Shown here piece by piece: positions 1 to 9,533 of a stretch of DNA of 64,000 nucleotides. Position 1 is the stretch's first letter. Every line of letters begins with the position of its first letter. The notes beneath the pieces are model-generated. The model had not been told where the DNA came from, did no database searches, and worked only from the letters and a program-made list of their open reading frames with translations. This DNA is from Desulfatiglandales bacterium (GTDB lineage: Bacteria > Desulfobacterota > DSM-4660 > Desulfatiglandales > Desulfatiglandaceae): NCBI GenBank assembly GCA_963666345.1, contig OY762721.1:512001-576000 (forward strand), in the 5' to 3' direction. Made by a program: the position numbers and the translations under genes.

Positions 1-884
1 AGACAAAAGATCTTCCTTTTCTCATGCTGACCGGTTTGAATGATAGCCGTCTCAAACGAAAGGCCCTCGATTTGGGAGCCACGGATCTACTAAATAAACC
101 TGCCGACCCTGAAGACCTTTTGGCCCGGATTAATAACATGTTGCGCCTCAAGGCCTACCAGGATGAAATCAAGGCGCAAAATGCGCTGCTGGATCAAAAG
201 ATCAAAGACCGAACCGCGGAGCTTGAGGCCTCCCGGCTCGACCTTATCTGGCGTCTTGGAAGGACGGCTGAGCATAGGGATACGGATACCGGCAACCATG
301 TGGTTCGAGTGGGCTATTACTGCAAGGTGCTGGCTGAAAACCTCGGAATGGACCGGGAGTTTACGGAAATGATTTTCCTTACCAGTCCTCTTCACGACAT
401 AGGGAAAATCGGAATTCCCGACAGCATCCTGCTCAAGCAGGGCAAGCTTAATCCGGATGAATGGAAAATCATGAAACAACATTGTGTTATAGGTTCCGAT
501 ATCCTCCGGCAGGATACCGTGGAACGGGCGCCGCTCGGAACCTGGCACGACCTGTTCAGGCGACCGGCTTCGGCAAAAAGCGACAATCCCTTTTTGAAAA
601 TGGCCGAAACTATTGCCCTGAGCCACCATGAGCGTTGGAATGGCAATGGATACCCGTCAGGGCTCTCGGCAGATAGTATTCCTGTCGAATCAAGGATTGT
701 CGCTATTGCCGACGTATGTGACGCCCTTTTTTCAAAACGGCCATATAAACCCGGATACAGCGAAAGCGAGGTCATAAAGATAATGCGGGAAAACAACGCC
801 ACTCAATTCGATCCGGAAGTGTTTGCCTGTTTTGAAAAATCCATTGATTTCTTTCGTGACATCCGCGAGCAGTTTGCGGATTAG
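1..884 (+). CDS. Response regulator with HD-GYP domain (c-di-GMP phosphodiesterase, RpfG-like); 5' end outside window
   Basis: Frame is open from base 3 (TKDLPFLMLTG...GATDLLNKP = end of receiver domain). Motifs TGNHVVRV, LHDIGKIGIPD, HHERWNGNGYP, RPYK. Confidence 0.92.
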   Translation, partial: TKDLPFLMLTGLNDSRLKRKALDLGATDLLNKPADPEDLLARINNMLRLKAYQDEIKAQNALLDQKIKDRTAELEASRLDLIWRLGRTAEHRDTDTGNHVVRVGYYCKVLAENLGMDREFTEMIFLTSPLHDIGKIGIPDSILLKQGKLNPDEWKIMKQHCVIGSDILRQDTVERAPLGTWHDLFRRPASAKSDNPFLKMAETIALSHHERWNGNGYPSGLSADSIPVESRIVAIADVCDALFSKRPYKPGYSESEVIKIMRENNATQFDPEVFACFEKSIDFFRDIREQFAD

Positions 885-1432
885 CATAATAAAGTTAAAC
901 ATAATGCAGGCATATCCATCCGGTTCCATTGAAATAGACATTAATTTTCGAATAATTCAATCAAAATGAGACTGCCTTTCGCGCCAAAAACCAGGTTGTT
1001 ACCCCCTCAGGCAAATCACCCTGTTAAAGCCCATTTGATAAATCTTGAGCCGCGTGGCAGGCTTTATTATATATAATACCCACTAGTTCCAGCCGATTTC
1101 AGCCGATTGCCGACTTGACAATATGTCCGGCATCCGGTATTTCGATTTCACCCATCCTTATCTGGATGAAAATGGAAACTTTGCGGCAATACCTCATGTG
1201 GCACATCCAACTGCTGTATGCAGGCTGAAATTTCCGCTTAATCCGCTATCGAAAGTTGGATTTTTATCGTTTCAAATCGCTGGTCTTTGCCGTATTTAAA
1301 GGAGTAAAGATATCAAACCATCACGCATGTAAATTCGAGCAATGCACCTGGATCAACCGGATCTCGTGGTATGAGTCTCAAGGTTTCAGGAGAGCTTCCA
1401 ATAAATATGAAATAATAGAAAGGGATAAAAAT

Positions 1433-2968
1433 TTGTCCGTTACAATTGGGGAATGGATTGATTCCGGCAGAGATCTGCCTGTACTCTCAGAGACCGCGAT
1501 GGCGGTATTAAATCTCCTGGGTGATCATAATTCCACGGCAAGGCAGATAGGAGACTTAATTAAAAGAGATGTAAGTCTCTCAGCCACTATCCTGAAATTC
1601 TGCAATTCTTCTTTCTACGGATTTCGAAAGAAAATTAATACGCTGGAGCAGGCATTTGTGACATTGGGTGCAAATTCGATACGCAATATCACGCTCAGCA
1701 TATCCGTGCTCAATCTGATTTCACCTTCCGAAAAAACCAACCTCTTGACGATATATAAGGGTTCCGTTTTAACTGGAATTGCCGCGCGCACCCTGGCCAG
1801 GAACACCGGATTTCCAAGGGCTGAAGACACTTTTACAGGAGGCATTCTGACGGATATAGGATTGATTTCGATGTATAAATTCGACTCGGAAAACACGATC
1901 TCCCTTATAAATAAAATGAAGCAGGAGGCTCGTCCCGCACCTGCCGAGGAAAAGGATCTCTTCGGCCTGAACCACGCAGAGGCAGGATACCTGCTTGCAA
2001 AGAAGTGGAATCTACCGTTGGATCTGAGTCAGGCCATAAGATATCACCATAACCTTAATCCTGAGAACCGTGACAAAAGCATCCAGGATTATGATTTGCT
2101 TAAATATGTCTATCTCGGTTCCCTGGTCGGAGAAATATTTTTCTGTGGGGGAAAGAAGAAAAATCTTGAGAGATATTCCGAAGGTTGCAGGAAAATCCTG
2201 GGCATGGAAAATGAGGACTCCGAATCGGTGCTTCAAGGCATCAATAACCAGTTCCTTGAAGTTGCCGAACAGTTCGAACTGGAGATGGATGACAGCACCA
2301 GTTATGAAGAGATGCTTCAAAGGGCGAATGAGGAACTCGCAAGGGGAACACTGGATAATGAGGCCTCGAAAATCTACCTGTCCCAGGCCTTTGAACGTGA
2401 AAGGATACTGGCGGCCCAACTTACAGAAGCTAACAGAAAATTGCATGAAAAAGCCCTTAGAGACGGGCTTACAGGGCTGTATAACAGGCTTTATTTCAAC
2501 GAGGCGCTGAAAAGCGAATGGCAGAGGGCGGCCCGTAACAGTCATCCTCTTTCGCTGCTTATGATCGATATCGACCATTTCAAGGAGGTCAACGACAACT
2601 ACGGCCACCAGGCCGGCGACATGGTATTGAGAAAATTCTCAGATACCCTCAATTCCCTGCTGAGGTCCTCCGATCTCCTCGCCCGGTACGGAGGAGAGGA
2701 ATTCACGATCATTCTTCCCAATACAATCATGGATAAGGCCCTCGTTGTCGCTGAAAGGGTCCGGATGATGGTGGAAAAGACAAAGATAACCCTGGATGGA
2801 GATACGGATCTTGACGTAACAGTGAGCTGCGGCGTGAGCACTGCGGTACCGGGTGAAAACGGTAATGATCCGGACCGGCTTCTGAAGGCAGCGGATATGG
2901 GTCTTTACAAGGCCAAAAAGAAAGGCAGAAACAGGGTGTCTGCACGGGAGATGGACTCTCTGTCCTGA
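1433..2968 (+). CDS. HDOD-GGDEF diguanylate cyclase
   Basis: HDOD-like N-terminus (LPVLSETA...NSSFYG...LG). C-terminal DGLTGLYNR, DIDHFKEVND, RSSD I-site and RYGGEEF. TTG start at 1433 after AGAAAGGGA is preferred over the 1256 ORF start. Confidence 0.88.
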   Translation: MSVTIGEWIDSGRDLPVLSETAMAVLNLLGDHNSTARQIGDLIKRDVSLSATILKFCNSSFYGFRKKINTLEQAFVTLGANSIRNITLSISVLNLISPSEKTNLLTIYKGSVLTGIAARTLARNTGFPRAEDTFTGGILTDIGLISMYKFDSENTISLINKMKQEARPAPAEEKDLFGLNHAEAGYLLAKKWNLPLDLSQAIRYHHNLNPENRDKSIQDYDLLKYVYLGSLVGEIFFCGGKKKNLERYSEGCRKILGMENEDSESVLQGINNQFLEVAEQFELEMDDSTSYEEMLQRANEELARGTLDNEASKIYLSQAFERERILAAQLTEANRKLHEKALRDGLTGLYNRLYFNEALKSEWQRAARNSHPLSLLMIDIDHFKEVNDNYGHQAGDMVLRKFSDTLNSLLRSSDLLARYGGEEFTIILPNTIMDKALVVAERVRMMVEKTKITLDGDTDLDVTVSCGVSTAVPGENGNDPDRLLKAADMGLYKAKKKGRNRVSAREMDSLS

Positions 2969-2973
2969 CCGGT

Positions 2974-3432
2974 TTATCCCGGCTGGTCGTTATTCGTTTC
3001 AATTACCTGATAGTCGCCGGTCCTTTCAAGTTTGTGGAAAATTTCGACGATCTTATCAGGGGGATCCATGAGCCTTCTCTTCGACAGGTCGAACCACGCG
3101 CCTTCAACCGTAATCAAGGCAGCCTTTGCCCCCTCTTCTTTGAAAACATTGTGGATTATTTTCCACCTTTTCCCCTTTTCAGACATTCCCGCCAGATGAA
3201 AATCTATGGTTATGGTTTCATTCATCTCAACCTCTTTAAAAAAAAGGGCCTCCTCCCTGAACATGACGGGACCACAGTTGTATTTTGAGAACTCCGCCGG
3301 CCCGAAACCGTTTTCAAGGAGAAATCTGAACCGGACCTGCGTGGCATAGTCATTAAAGGCGGTGTGTCTGAGGTGCCGGTTTGGATCAAGATCGGCCCAT
3401 CTTACCTCAAAGGCCTTTTTATATCTATTCAC
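2974..3432 (-). CDS. Hot-dog-fold acyl-CoA thioesterase (4HBT/YbgC-like)
   Basis: VRWADLDPNRHLRHTAF motif; GAGG RBS upstream of GTG start. Confidence 0.85.
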   Translation of the reverse strand: MNRYKKAFEVRWADLDPNRHLRHTAFNDYATQVRFRFLLENGFGPAEFSKYNCGPVMFREEALFFKEVEMNETITIDFHLAGMSEKGKRWKIIHNVFKEEGAKAALITVEGAWFDLSKRRLMDPPDKIVEIFHKLERTGDYQVIETNNDQPG

Positions 3433-3468
3433 TGTTGTTTCCTCGTATTTTTTTCTTCAATGGCTCTT

Positions 3469-3496
3469 AAAAAAACGCAACCCTGCCTGGGTTGCG
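3469..3496 (-). terminator. Rho-independent terminator downstream of the selenoprotein gene
   Basis: Minus strand CGCAACCC-aggca-GGGTTGCG followed by T7. Confidence 0.75.
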
Positions 3497-3577
3497 CCGG
3501 TAAACGAGCCCTATCCCGTGGACGAGGCCTTGGTTTGTCCCTGACAAATGAGGGATAATGGACAGAATGTATTCCGA

Positions 3578-3814
3578 CTATTTTTGTTCTGCCAGACGTT
3601 CCCTGAGCATATCCAGGATTTCATCCTGTCCCGGAAAACGGTGGACCTTGCGCTTTGAAAAAATGATATCCCCGTCCACGACTATATCAAAAATTGCGTT
3701 ACTTCCCTGAACGAGTTCCGGTTCTACTTTAATCTCATCTGATATGGCGGCAGCCAGACTGGAGGCCTGAGGAAAAAAGTTTCAGGCCCCGCAGTAGGTT
3801 ATCGATATTTTCAT
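3578..3814 (-). CDS. Rdx (SelW/SelT/SelH) family selenoprotein, 78 aa, in-frame UGA = Sec
   Basis: AGGAGG RBS, then ATG. Translation MKISITYCGA-U(TGA 3782-3784)-NFFPQASSLAAAISDEIKVEPELVQGSNAIFDIVVDGDIIFSKRKVHRFPGQDEILDMLRERLAEQK. CxxU plus FxxxVDG...FSK...RFP signature. Confidence 0.88.
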
Positions 3815-4114
3815 GATTCCTCCTTAAGGCGCACATGAATGATAGTCGTCCTCTTTATGTTAATTTAAGGAATTCGGATAAATAAAGCAAGCAGTGTTCT
3901 CCAGGATATATTTAATGTCCCCTTGCTACCTGTGGCAAAGGCTATACGAAAGGCATTATGATCCTGCAACCTGGACCGGCACAGCATATCCACCATTTTT
4001 GGACAGAGTTTCCAAAACTATCCGAAAAACATGCCGAAAGGCAAGGAACAGGTCGTTATTCAACTCTTTCTCATCCTTTATCCAACAGAAAATCAGATTA
4101 TAACCACTGATAAT

Positions 4115-4165
4115 TTTTCAGTTAAGGCCCTCGCAGCAAAAGTCAGGGACGTGCTTGATCCATAG
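4115..4165 (+). pseudogene. Remnant of a receiver-domain C-terminus
   Basis: Reads FSVKALAAKVRDVLDP*, typical of the end of hybrid-kinase receiver domains; stops lie immediately upstream. Confidence 0.45.
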
Positions 4166-4179
4166 TTAGGTGAAGGGAT

Positions 4180-4437
4180 TTATTCAACGCCTTTTCCCTC
4201 TTTGTCATTATCTGAGATCAGGGTCACAAATTCACTCAGATCTGATTTGAGTATTTTTTCCAGTTCGGAAAAATTCGATTCTCTTGTTTCAGCAAACAAA
4301 AATCCGAAAACAGGACATTTCCTGTAATCAATTTTCCTTAATTCCAGAGGCTTTTCCAGATTTGAAAGCAACCGCTCATAGTCGAACGCCGCAATCCTCC
4401 CTTTTTCGATGCCGGTGGAATTGTCCAAAAAAATCAT
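4180..4437 (-). pseudogene. C-terminal fragment of an ATP-grasp-family protein (or small derived protein)
   Basis: FLDNSTG...FDYERLL...KPLELRKIDY...FGFLFAET...LEKILKSDLSEF resembles the C-terminus of ATP-grasp proteins recalled from similar operons. ATG 4437 has an AAGGAG RBS. Confidence 0.5.
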
Positions 4438-4510
4438 CCTTTCTCCTTTACCGGCCAGAAACCGGCCTGATAGCCGTTCCATGCCTGGAAATTGCTTCTA
4501 AGCTCACCGC

Positions 4511-6148
4511 CTAACCGTTCATCTTTTTAAGAAGCTCAAGACCGATTTTTCCGAGTCTGTACTTCTGGATCTTTCCGCTCCCCGTCATTGGGTATGAATC
4601 GACAAAAAAGACATGCCCGGGAATCTTAAAACGTGATATCTTCCCGCGGCAGTAATCAATTACATCCTCCTCTTCAAGGCTGCGGCCCTCTTTGAGAATA
4701 ATGAAGGCCCCCACGACCTCACCGTATTTTTCATCGGGAATCCCCGCCACCTGTATGTCCTGAACCTCATTCATCTCATAAAGGAACTCTTCTATCTCTC
4801 TGGGGTAGATATTCTCCCCGCCCCGTATAATCATATCCTTGATTCTTCCGGTGACCTTGAAATATCCCTCTTCATCCTTTACGCCAAGGTCTCCGGAATG
4901 AAGCCAACCTTCGCTGTCGATAACCTGTGCCGTGGCTTCAGGCTTCTTATAATAACCCTTCATCACATTATAGCCACGGCAGCAGATTTCCCCCTGCTCT
5001 CCAGCCCTGCATTCAGCCCCCGTATCAGGATCCATGACCTTCACTTCAATGTTTTCAAGTTCTTTTCCTACGGTTGAAACCCTCTTCTCAATGGAATCAT
5101 CAGTATTGGTCTGGGTCATCACGGGCGAGGCCTCAGTCAGACCGTAGGCGATGGTAATATCCTTCATGTTCATCTTATCAACCACCTGTCTCATGACATC
5201 CATGGGACATGGAGAGCCAGCCATGATTCCCGTTCTAAGGGACGACATGTCAAACATATCAAACATGGGATGACTAAGCTCGGCTATGAACATTGTCGGG
5301 ACACCATAAAGAGCCGTGCATTTCTCCTTCTGTACGGAAGCAAGAACAATAAGCGGATCGTAATTTTCAATCACAACAAGCGACGCCCCGTGGGTAAGGA
5401 CCGCCATAACCCCCAGAACTATCCCGAAACAGTGAAAAAGCGGGACAGGCAGACACAGCTTTTCATGTTCGGTAAATTTCTGGCACTCGCCGATATAGTA
5501 TCCGTTGTTTATTATATTGTGGTTGGTAAGCATGACCCCTTTCGGAAACCCCGTGGTTCCGGATGTATACTGCATATTCACGGTGTCATGGATATCCATG
5601 CCCCGTTCCGCTTCAACAAGTATTGAATCATCTACATGCCTTCCGAGAAGAAGGAGTTCATGAAGGGAAAACATCCCCCGGTGCTTTTGCGGTCCGATAA
5701 AAATGATGTTCTTTAGATAAGGAAATTTTCCGCTTTTCAGGTGTCCCCGTTCGCATTCCTTCAGTTCGGGAACAAGCTCATTTATCATCGCGACATAATC
5801 GCCGTCTCTGAATCCGTCAACAAGGCACAGGGTTGTAAGGTCAGCCTGTTTTACGAGGTATTCAAGTTCATGAATCTTGTAGTTCGTGTTTACGGTAACC
5901 AGGACCGCACCGATTCTCGCAGTTGCGAACATAAGCGTAAGCCAGTCGGGGACATTTGTCGCCCACAGTCCCAGGTTATCATTTTTCTTGACACCGATAG
6001 CTATAAGACCCTTTGCAAGCTCATCGACCCTTCTGTCAAACTCCCTGTAGGTGAACCTCAGACCCCGGTCCGCATATACGATAAATTCCTTTTCGGGATT
6101 TTCTTTCGTTTTTTCCCTGAGCAGTCTGCTTAAAGTAATTTCAAACAT
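4511..6148 (-). CDS. AMP-binding acyl-CoA synthetase
   Basis: [44 protein letters not shown] and GKIQK motifs. Confidence 0.93.
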   Translation of the reverse strand: MFEITLSRLLREKTKENPEKEFIVYADRGLRFTYREFDRRVDELAKGLIAIGVKKNDNLGLWATNVPDWLTLMFATARIGAVLVTVNTNYKIHELEYLVKQADLTTLCLVDGFRDGDYVAMINELVPELKECERGHLKSGKFPYLKNIIFIGPQKHRGMFSLHELLLLGRHVDDSILVEAERGMDIHDTVNMQYTSGTTGFPKGVMLTNHNIINNGYYIGECQKFTEHEKLCLPVPLFHCFGIVLGVMAVLTHGASLVVIENYDPLIVLASVQKEKCTALYGVPTMFIAELSHPMFDMFDMSSLRTGIMAGSPCPMDVMRQVVDKMNMKDITIAYGLTEASPVMTQTNTDDSIEKRVSTVGKELENIEVKVMDPDTGAECRAGEQGEICCRGYNVMKGYYKKPEATAQVIDSEGWLHSGDLGVKDEEGYFKVTGRIKDMIIRGGENIYPREIEEFLYEMNEVQDIQVAGIPDEKYGEVVGAFIILKEGRSLEEEDVIDYCRGKISRFKIPGHVFFVDSYPMTGSGKIQKYRLGKIGLELLKKMNG

Positions 6149-6158
6149 TTACAACTCC

Positions 6159-6734
6159 TCAAAAGGGCGCATAGACAACCGCGAGTATCTTTGCTGCCTC
6201 TGTCCCATGTGAATGGACATGGTGCTTTACAATTGAGTCATAATAGATGCTCTCCCCTTCTTTAACCATAAAGGTGTCTTTTCCATATATGACCTCGATT
6301 TCCCCTTTCATCACAAAAATAAACTCCTCCCCTTCGTGTGAAGAAAGCCTGTAATCGGTTTCCGATGATGGAAAGATATCTATCATAAACGGTTCCATAT
6401 GCCGGCCCGACTTATTGAGAGCAAGGGAATAAAAATCAAGATCTGAACGGCAGGGATTATCCTTGTCCGAAAATCTTGTAATACTCTTTTTCTCATCCTT
6501 TCCGGTTATTACGGGGCCTATCTCCTGCTGGTCATCGAGAAAAGTCCCGAGTCTGACTCCGAGGGCCCTTGCGATCTTCAAAAGAGGAGTGAGCCCCGGT
6601 ATCAGCTCCCCGTTTTCAATTTTCTCTATGCCATCGACTTTCAGATTAGCCCTTTCGGCAAGTTCTTCCAAAGAGAGATTCCTGCTCTCTCTCATGGTTT
6701 TCACCTTTATTCCGATCCTGTTTTTATCGCTCAA
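6159..6734 (-). CDS. XRE-family HTH + cupin transcriptional regulator
   Basis: N-terminal HTH (LSLEELAERA...IENG...P...LLKIARALGV) and cupin HEGEEFIFV...GESIYYDS. TTG start at 6734 after AAGGAG. Confidence 0.9.
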   Translation of the reverse strand: MSDKNRIGIKVKTMRESRNLSLEELAERANLKVDGIEKIENGELIPGLTPLLKIARALGVRLGTFLDDQQEIGPVITGKDEKKSITRFSDKDNPCRSDLDFYSLALNKSGRHMEPFMIDIFPSSETDYRLSSHEGEEFIFVMKGEIEVIYGKDTFMVKEGESIYYDSIVKHHVHSHGTEAAKILAVVYAPF

Positions 6735-6772
6735 TTTACGCTCCTTTTTTGACAATTTATGCCAGGTAGTTT

Positions 6773-6896
6773 CCGGTTAAGGACGGAAAAGGTCCGAACT
6801 CCCGGGCTAATCTGTCAGGACGCATTTAGCCTCCCACATCGGGCGTGTGCCGACAGAAAACAGAGGGAACTCGGACCTTTTTTTATTCGTAACCGG
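6773..6896 (-). ncRNA. Candidate structured cis-regulatory leader RNA (long stem enclosing a pseudoknot)
   Basis: Nested inverted repeats 6773-6779/6890-6896 and 6787-6803/6865-6881, plus crossed pairs 6805-6810/6826-6831 and 6811-6818/6850-6857. Apparent mismatches resolve to G-U pairs only on the minus strand. Confidence 0.5.
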
Positions 6897-6950
6897 ACAC
6901 TATTGATACAAAATTATTTCTTATTTAAATACTCAAGGGCGCCCCAGTCT

Positions 6951-7178
6951 TCATTCATGTATCTCTGAATCATTCTCCACTTTAACATCCGGCCGTACCA
7001 GCGGTATAAGAAAAATTATACAGGCAATTAAGAAGATACCACCACCTATTAATGTCAAGGTATCATGATTTTTCAAACTTGATGCAATAAAGAAAACGGC
7101 ACATAAAATAAAAAGTATCCAACCTGCCAGCTGGTATTTGATATCACGTCGAATTTGATTTTTCTGGTTATTCTTCAT
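6951..7178 (-). CDS. Small two-TM membrane protein, function unknown
   Basis: GWILFILCAVFFIASS...IGGGIFLIACIIFLIP hydrophobic segments. Confidence 0.7.
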   Translation of the reverse strand: MKNNQKNQIRRDIKYQLAGWILFILCAVFFIASSLKNHDTLTLIGGGIFLIACIIFLIPLVRPDVKVENDSEIHE

Positions 7179-7276
7179 TTAATTTTGGGTCGCGCCAGGC
7201 TAAATTTTCCCGGGGGCCGTGCCAATCACGGGAAATAACGGCAGCGGATGTGTAATGAGGTCTATTTCAGGATATT

Positions 7277-8749
7277 TTACTCCACGAGCTTTCCCTTATC
7301 AAGCGTCAGTTGATGCGTGATGCAGGGAAGGATTTCTTCCCGGTGGTGGGTAACATAGATGAGATTTGTGGAGGTGGCGCTTCCTATAAACTCCACCATG
7401 CCGAGCACCTTTTCCCTGTTCACGGGATCAAGACCCGCGCACGGCTCGTCCAAAATCAGGATAAGAGGCGTTTTCACTATTGCCCTTGTAATTAGCACAA
7501 GCTGCCTCTGTCCGTATGAGAGGTTGGAAAAGCAGTGGCCGGAAAGCGCCTTTATGCCAAGCAGGCGAATCCATTTCAAGGCCGTCTGTTCCTGCTCCCT
7601 TGTGCACATCCGGTAGAGGCCTATGGAGTCGAAAAATCCGGAGCACACCACATCGAATACGGAAAGATTTTGCTGGTAGCGTGTGGAAAGAGCGTGTGAT
7701 ATGGTTCCGATCTTCTTCTTTATCTCCCACACGCTTTCACCCGTGCCCCTCTTTTTCCCGAAAAGGGTGATCCTGTTGGCATAGGCCTGGAGTTCATCTC
7801 CCGTAATCAGGGAAAGCAGGGTGGATTTGCCCGAGCCGTTAGGCCCCGTGACGGCCCAGTTTTCCCCCTCACTCATCTTCCAGCTTACATCCCCCAGGGC
7901 GACGGTATCTCCATGCCGTACCGTCACCTTTTCCATTTCGATCATGACGGAAGACGACGGCGCCTTAAAAGGTGCACGCTTCAGCCCCGGGTATGAAGGT
8001 CTTTCCTTTTCCGGAAATAACTGCCGGTAGATCTCACGCACCTTCCCGTTTACGAGGATCTCTTCCCTCTTTCCCCCGGCAAACAGGCTTCCCTCATTTA
8101 ACACCAGTACATGGGTGAGCCCGGGGAAGATCTCCTCTGTCCTGTGCGTAATGAGCACGCAATGAAGGCCCTTTGTCATAAGGTTTGAAAGGGTTTTCTC
8201 GAGACTGTTTCTGGAAGGCTTATCAAGCCCGTCAAAGGGTTCATCAAGGATAAGAAGGGCGGGCCGTCTTAAAAGCGCCCGTGCGATCAGCACCTTTGAC
8301 ATCTCCCCTGTTGAAAGGGAATTGACGGATCTATCGAGGAGAAAGGCAAGATCAAGATCCGCGCAGAGTTCCTTAAGCAGGTCTTCCGCCTCAGCCTCTC
8401 CGCCCCATTTATCAATGCAGGGGCAAAGGATGTCCTTAACCGCTGTTGTCTCATGCTTCCTGCCGCTGAAATCTCTGGCCTCATCAAGGGCCCGCTCCCG
8501 TCTGAATATCTCGCCTCTTTCCTCGGATGAGACATAGAAAATGGGACCTGTCAGATTCCGCCTCACCCTTCCCTTTACCACGGGGACCCTGCCTGCTATG
8601 GTCCGGGCAAGGGTTGTTTTTCCGGAGCCGTTCGGACCCAGGATAGCCCACTGCTCACCTTTCCCTATTTCCCAGGAGGTATCATTGAGGTACCAGCGGT
8701 CCCTGAGCCTGGCCGTAATGTTTTCTAGTGCGATAAGGGGTAATGTCAT
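7277..8749 (-). CDS. modF: Dual-domain ABC ATPase, ModF-like
   Basis: Two Walker A motifs (GPNGSGKT, GPNGSGKS), LSTGE and LSYGQ signatures, GTGESVWEIKKKIG motif. Confidence 0.8.
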   Translation of the reverse strand: MTLPLIALENITARLRDRWYLNDTSWEIGKGEQWAILGPNGSGKTTLARTIAGRVPVVKGRVRRNLTGPIFYVSSEERGEIFRRERALDEARDFSGRKHETTAVKDILCPCIDKWGGEAEAEDLLKELCADLDLAFLLDRSVNSLSTGEMSKVLIARALLRRPALLILDEPFDGLDKPSRNSLEKTLSNLMTKGLHCVLITHRTEEIFPGLTHVLVLNEGSLFAGGKREEILVNGKVREIYRQLFPEKERPSYPGLKRAPFKAPSSSVMIEMEKVTVRHGDTVALGDVSWKMSEGENWAVTGPNGSGKSTLLSLITGDELQAYANRITLFGKKRGTGESVWEIKKKIGTISHALSTRYQQNLSVFDVVCSGFFDSIGLYRMCTREQEQTALKWIRLLGIKALSGHCFSNLSYGQRQLVLITRAIVKTPLILILDEPCAGLDPVNREKVLGMVEFIGSATSTNLIYVTHHREEILPCITHQLTLDKGKLVE

Positions 8750-8835
8750 CTGTTTTCCGGACCCATAAAATCCATACCCTCCTTTTGAGGGGGCTTTTTA
8801 AAAAAGCCTTTTCTTACAGGCCCGGGGCCGTCTTG

Positions 8836-9216
8836 TCAACAGATTGCCACGGCCTCTATTTCCACCAGCGCGCCTTTCGGCAGGGCGGAAACCTCCACAC
8901 ATGCCCTGGCAGGAGGATTCTCGCTGAAAAATTCCGCATATACACGGTTAACTACGGGAAAATCCTCCATTGATGATATAAACACGGTGGTTTTCACCAC
9001 CTTCTCCAGGCAAGAGCCTGCGGCCTCCAGAACGGCCTTCAGATTGATCAGGACCTGTGCGGTCTGCTCCGCCACCCCTCCCTCGACCATTTCCCCGGTG
9101 GCTGCATCAAGGGGAATCTGGCCTGATGAAAAGACCATTTCCCCTGCCTTTACAGCCTGAGAATAGGGTCCGATAGCTGCAGGCGCCTTATCCGTACCGA
9201 TAATCTTTCTTTCCAT
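8836..9216 (-). CDS. ridA: RidA family enamine/imine deaminase
   Basis: APAAIGPYSQA, SGQIPLD, PARACVEV, LPKGALVEIEA. Confidence 0.93.
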   Translation of the reverse strand: MERKIIGTDKAPAAIGPYSQAVKAGEMVFSSGQIPLDAATGEMVEGGVAEQTAQVLINLKAVLEAAGSCLEKVVKTTVFISSMEDFPVVNRVYAEFFSENPPARACVEVSALPKGALVEIEAVAIC

Positions 9217-9375
9217 AATTCATCCTCCTTAAGGCCATCTTTTCAAATCAAGTTTTGTTGTTTTCAGTCCTTTACAGATGAATATATGCCTCATTTATTA
9301 TAAACACCTGAGACATCAGCCGGCCCATAAGCTATTACAATCTTCTTGATCGGTTCAAGATAAAGATTTTTCCCC

Positions 9376-9509
9376 TTTACAAATAAAGACACATCCTTAT
9401 ATTGAATGCTGGTTCATTATTCATTTGCTCGCCTGTAATACATGCTGAACCTTTTGACGGTGGCGCAGCAAAGGCATTTGAAGGCATTTTATTAATGAAC
9501 TGCTGTTCA
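9376..9509 (+). promoter_or_regulatory. sigma70-like promoter with two TGAA-N6-TTCA operators for the TetR regulator
   Basis: TTTACA (9376) and TATATT (9398). Palindromes TGAAtgctggTTCA at 9403-9416 and TGAActgctgTTCA at 9496-9509. Confidence 0.6.
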
Positions 9510-9533
9510 TCTAAATGAAATCACGGAGGAAAA

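Noticed and set aside
1005..1065. c-di-GMP-I riboswitch suggested by GGCAAA near c-di-GMP genes
   Set aside because: No GNRA-capped P2 and no GACGCAAA receptor segment.
1199..1215. Possible sigma54 promoter TGGCAC...TGC
   Set aside because: GG to GC spacing is 11 nt rather than the required 10.
1256..1432. 59-codon N-terminal extension of the HDOD-GGDEF ORF
   Set aside because: No RBS at 1256 and no domain-like sequence; a better RBS and TTG lie at 1433.
3500..3560. Guanidine-II/III riboswitch (ACGAG motifs)
   Set aside because: The ACGA loops lack closing stems, and no transporter gene lies downstream on that strand.
6787..6881. SRP RNA, 6S RNA or HDV-like ribozyme
   Set aside because: Lacks the SRP GGAA-loop domain, the 6S length and central bubble, and a canonical HDV P1/P1.1/J4/2 arrangement; kept only as an unknown structured RNA.
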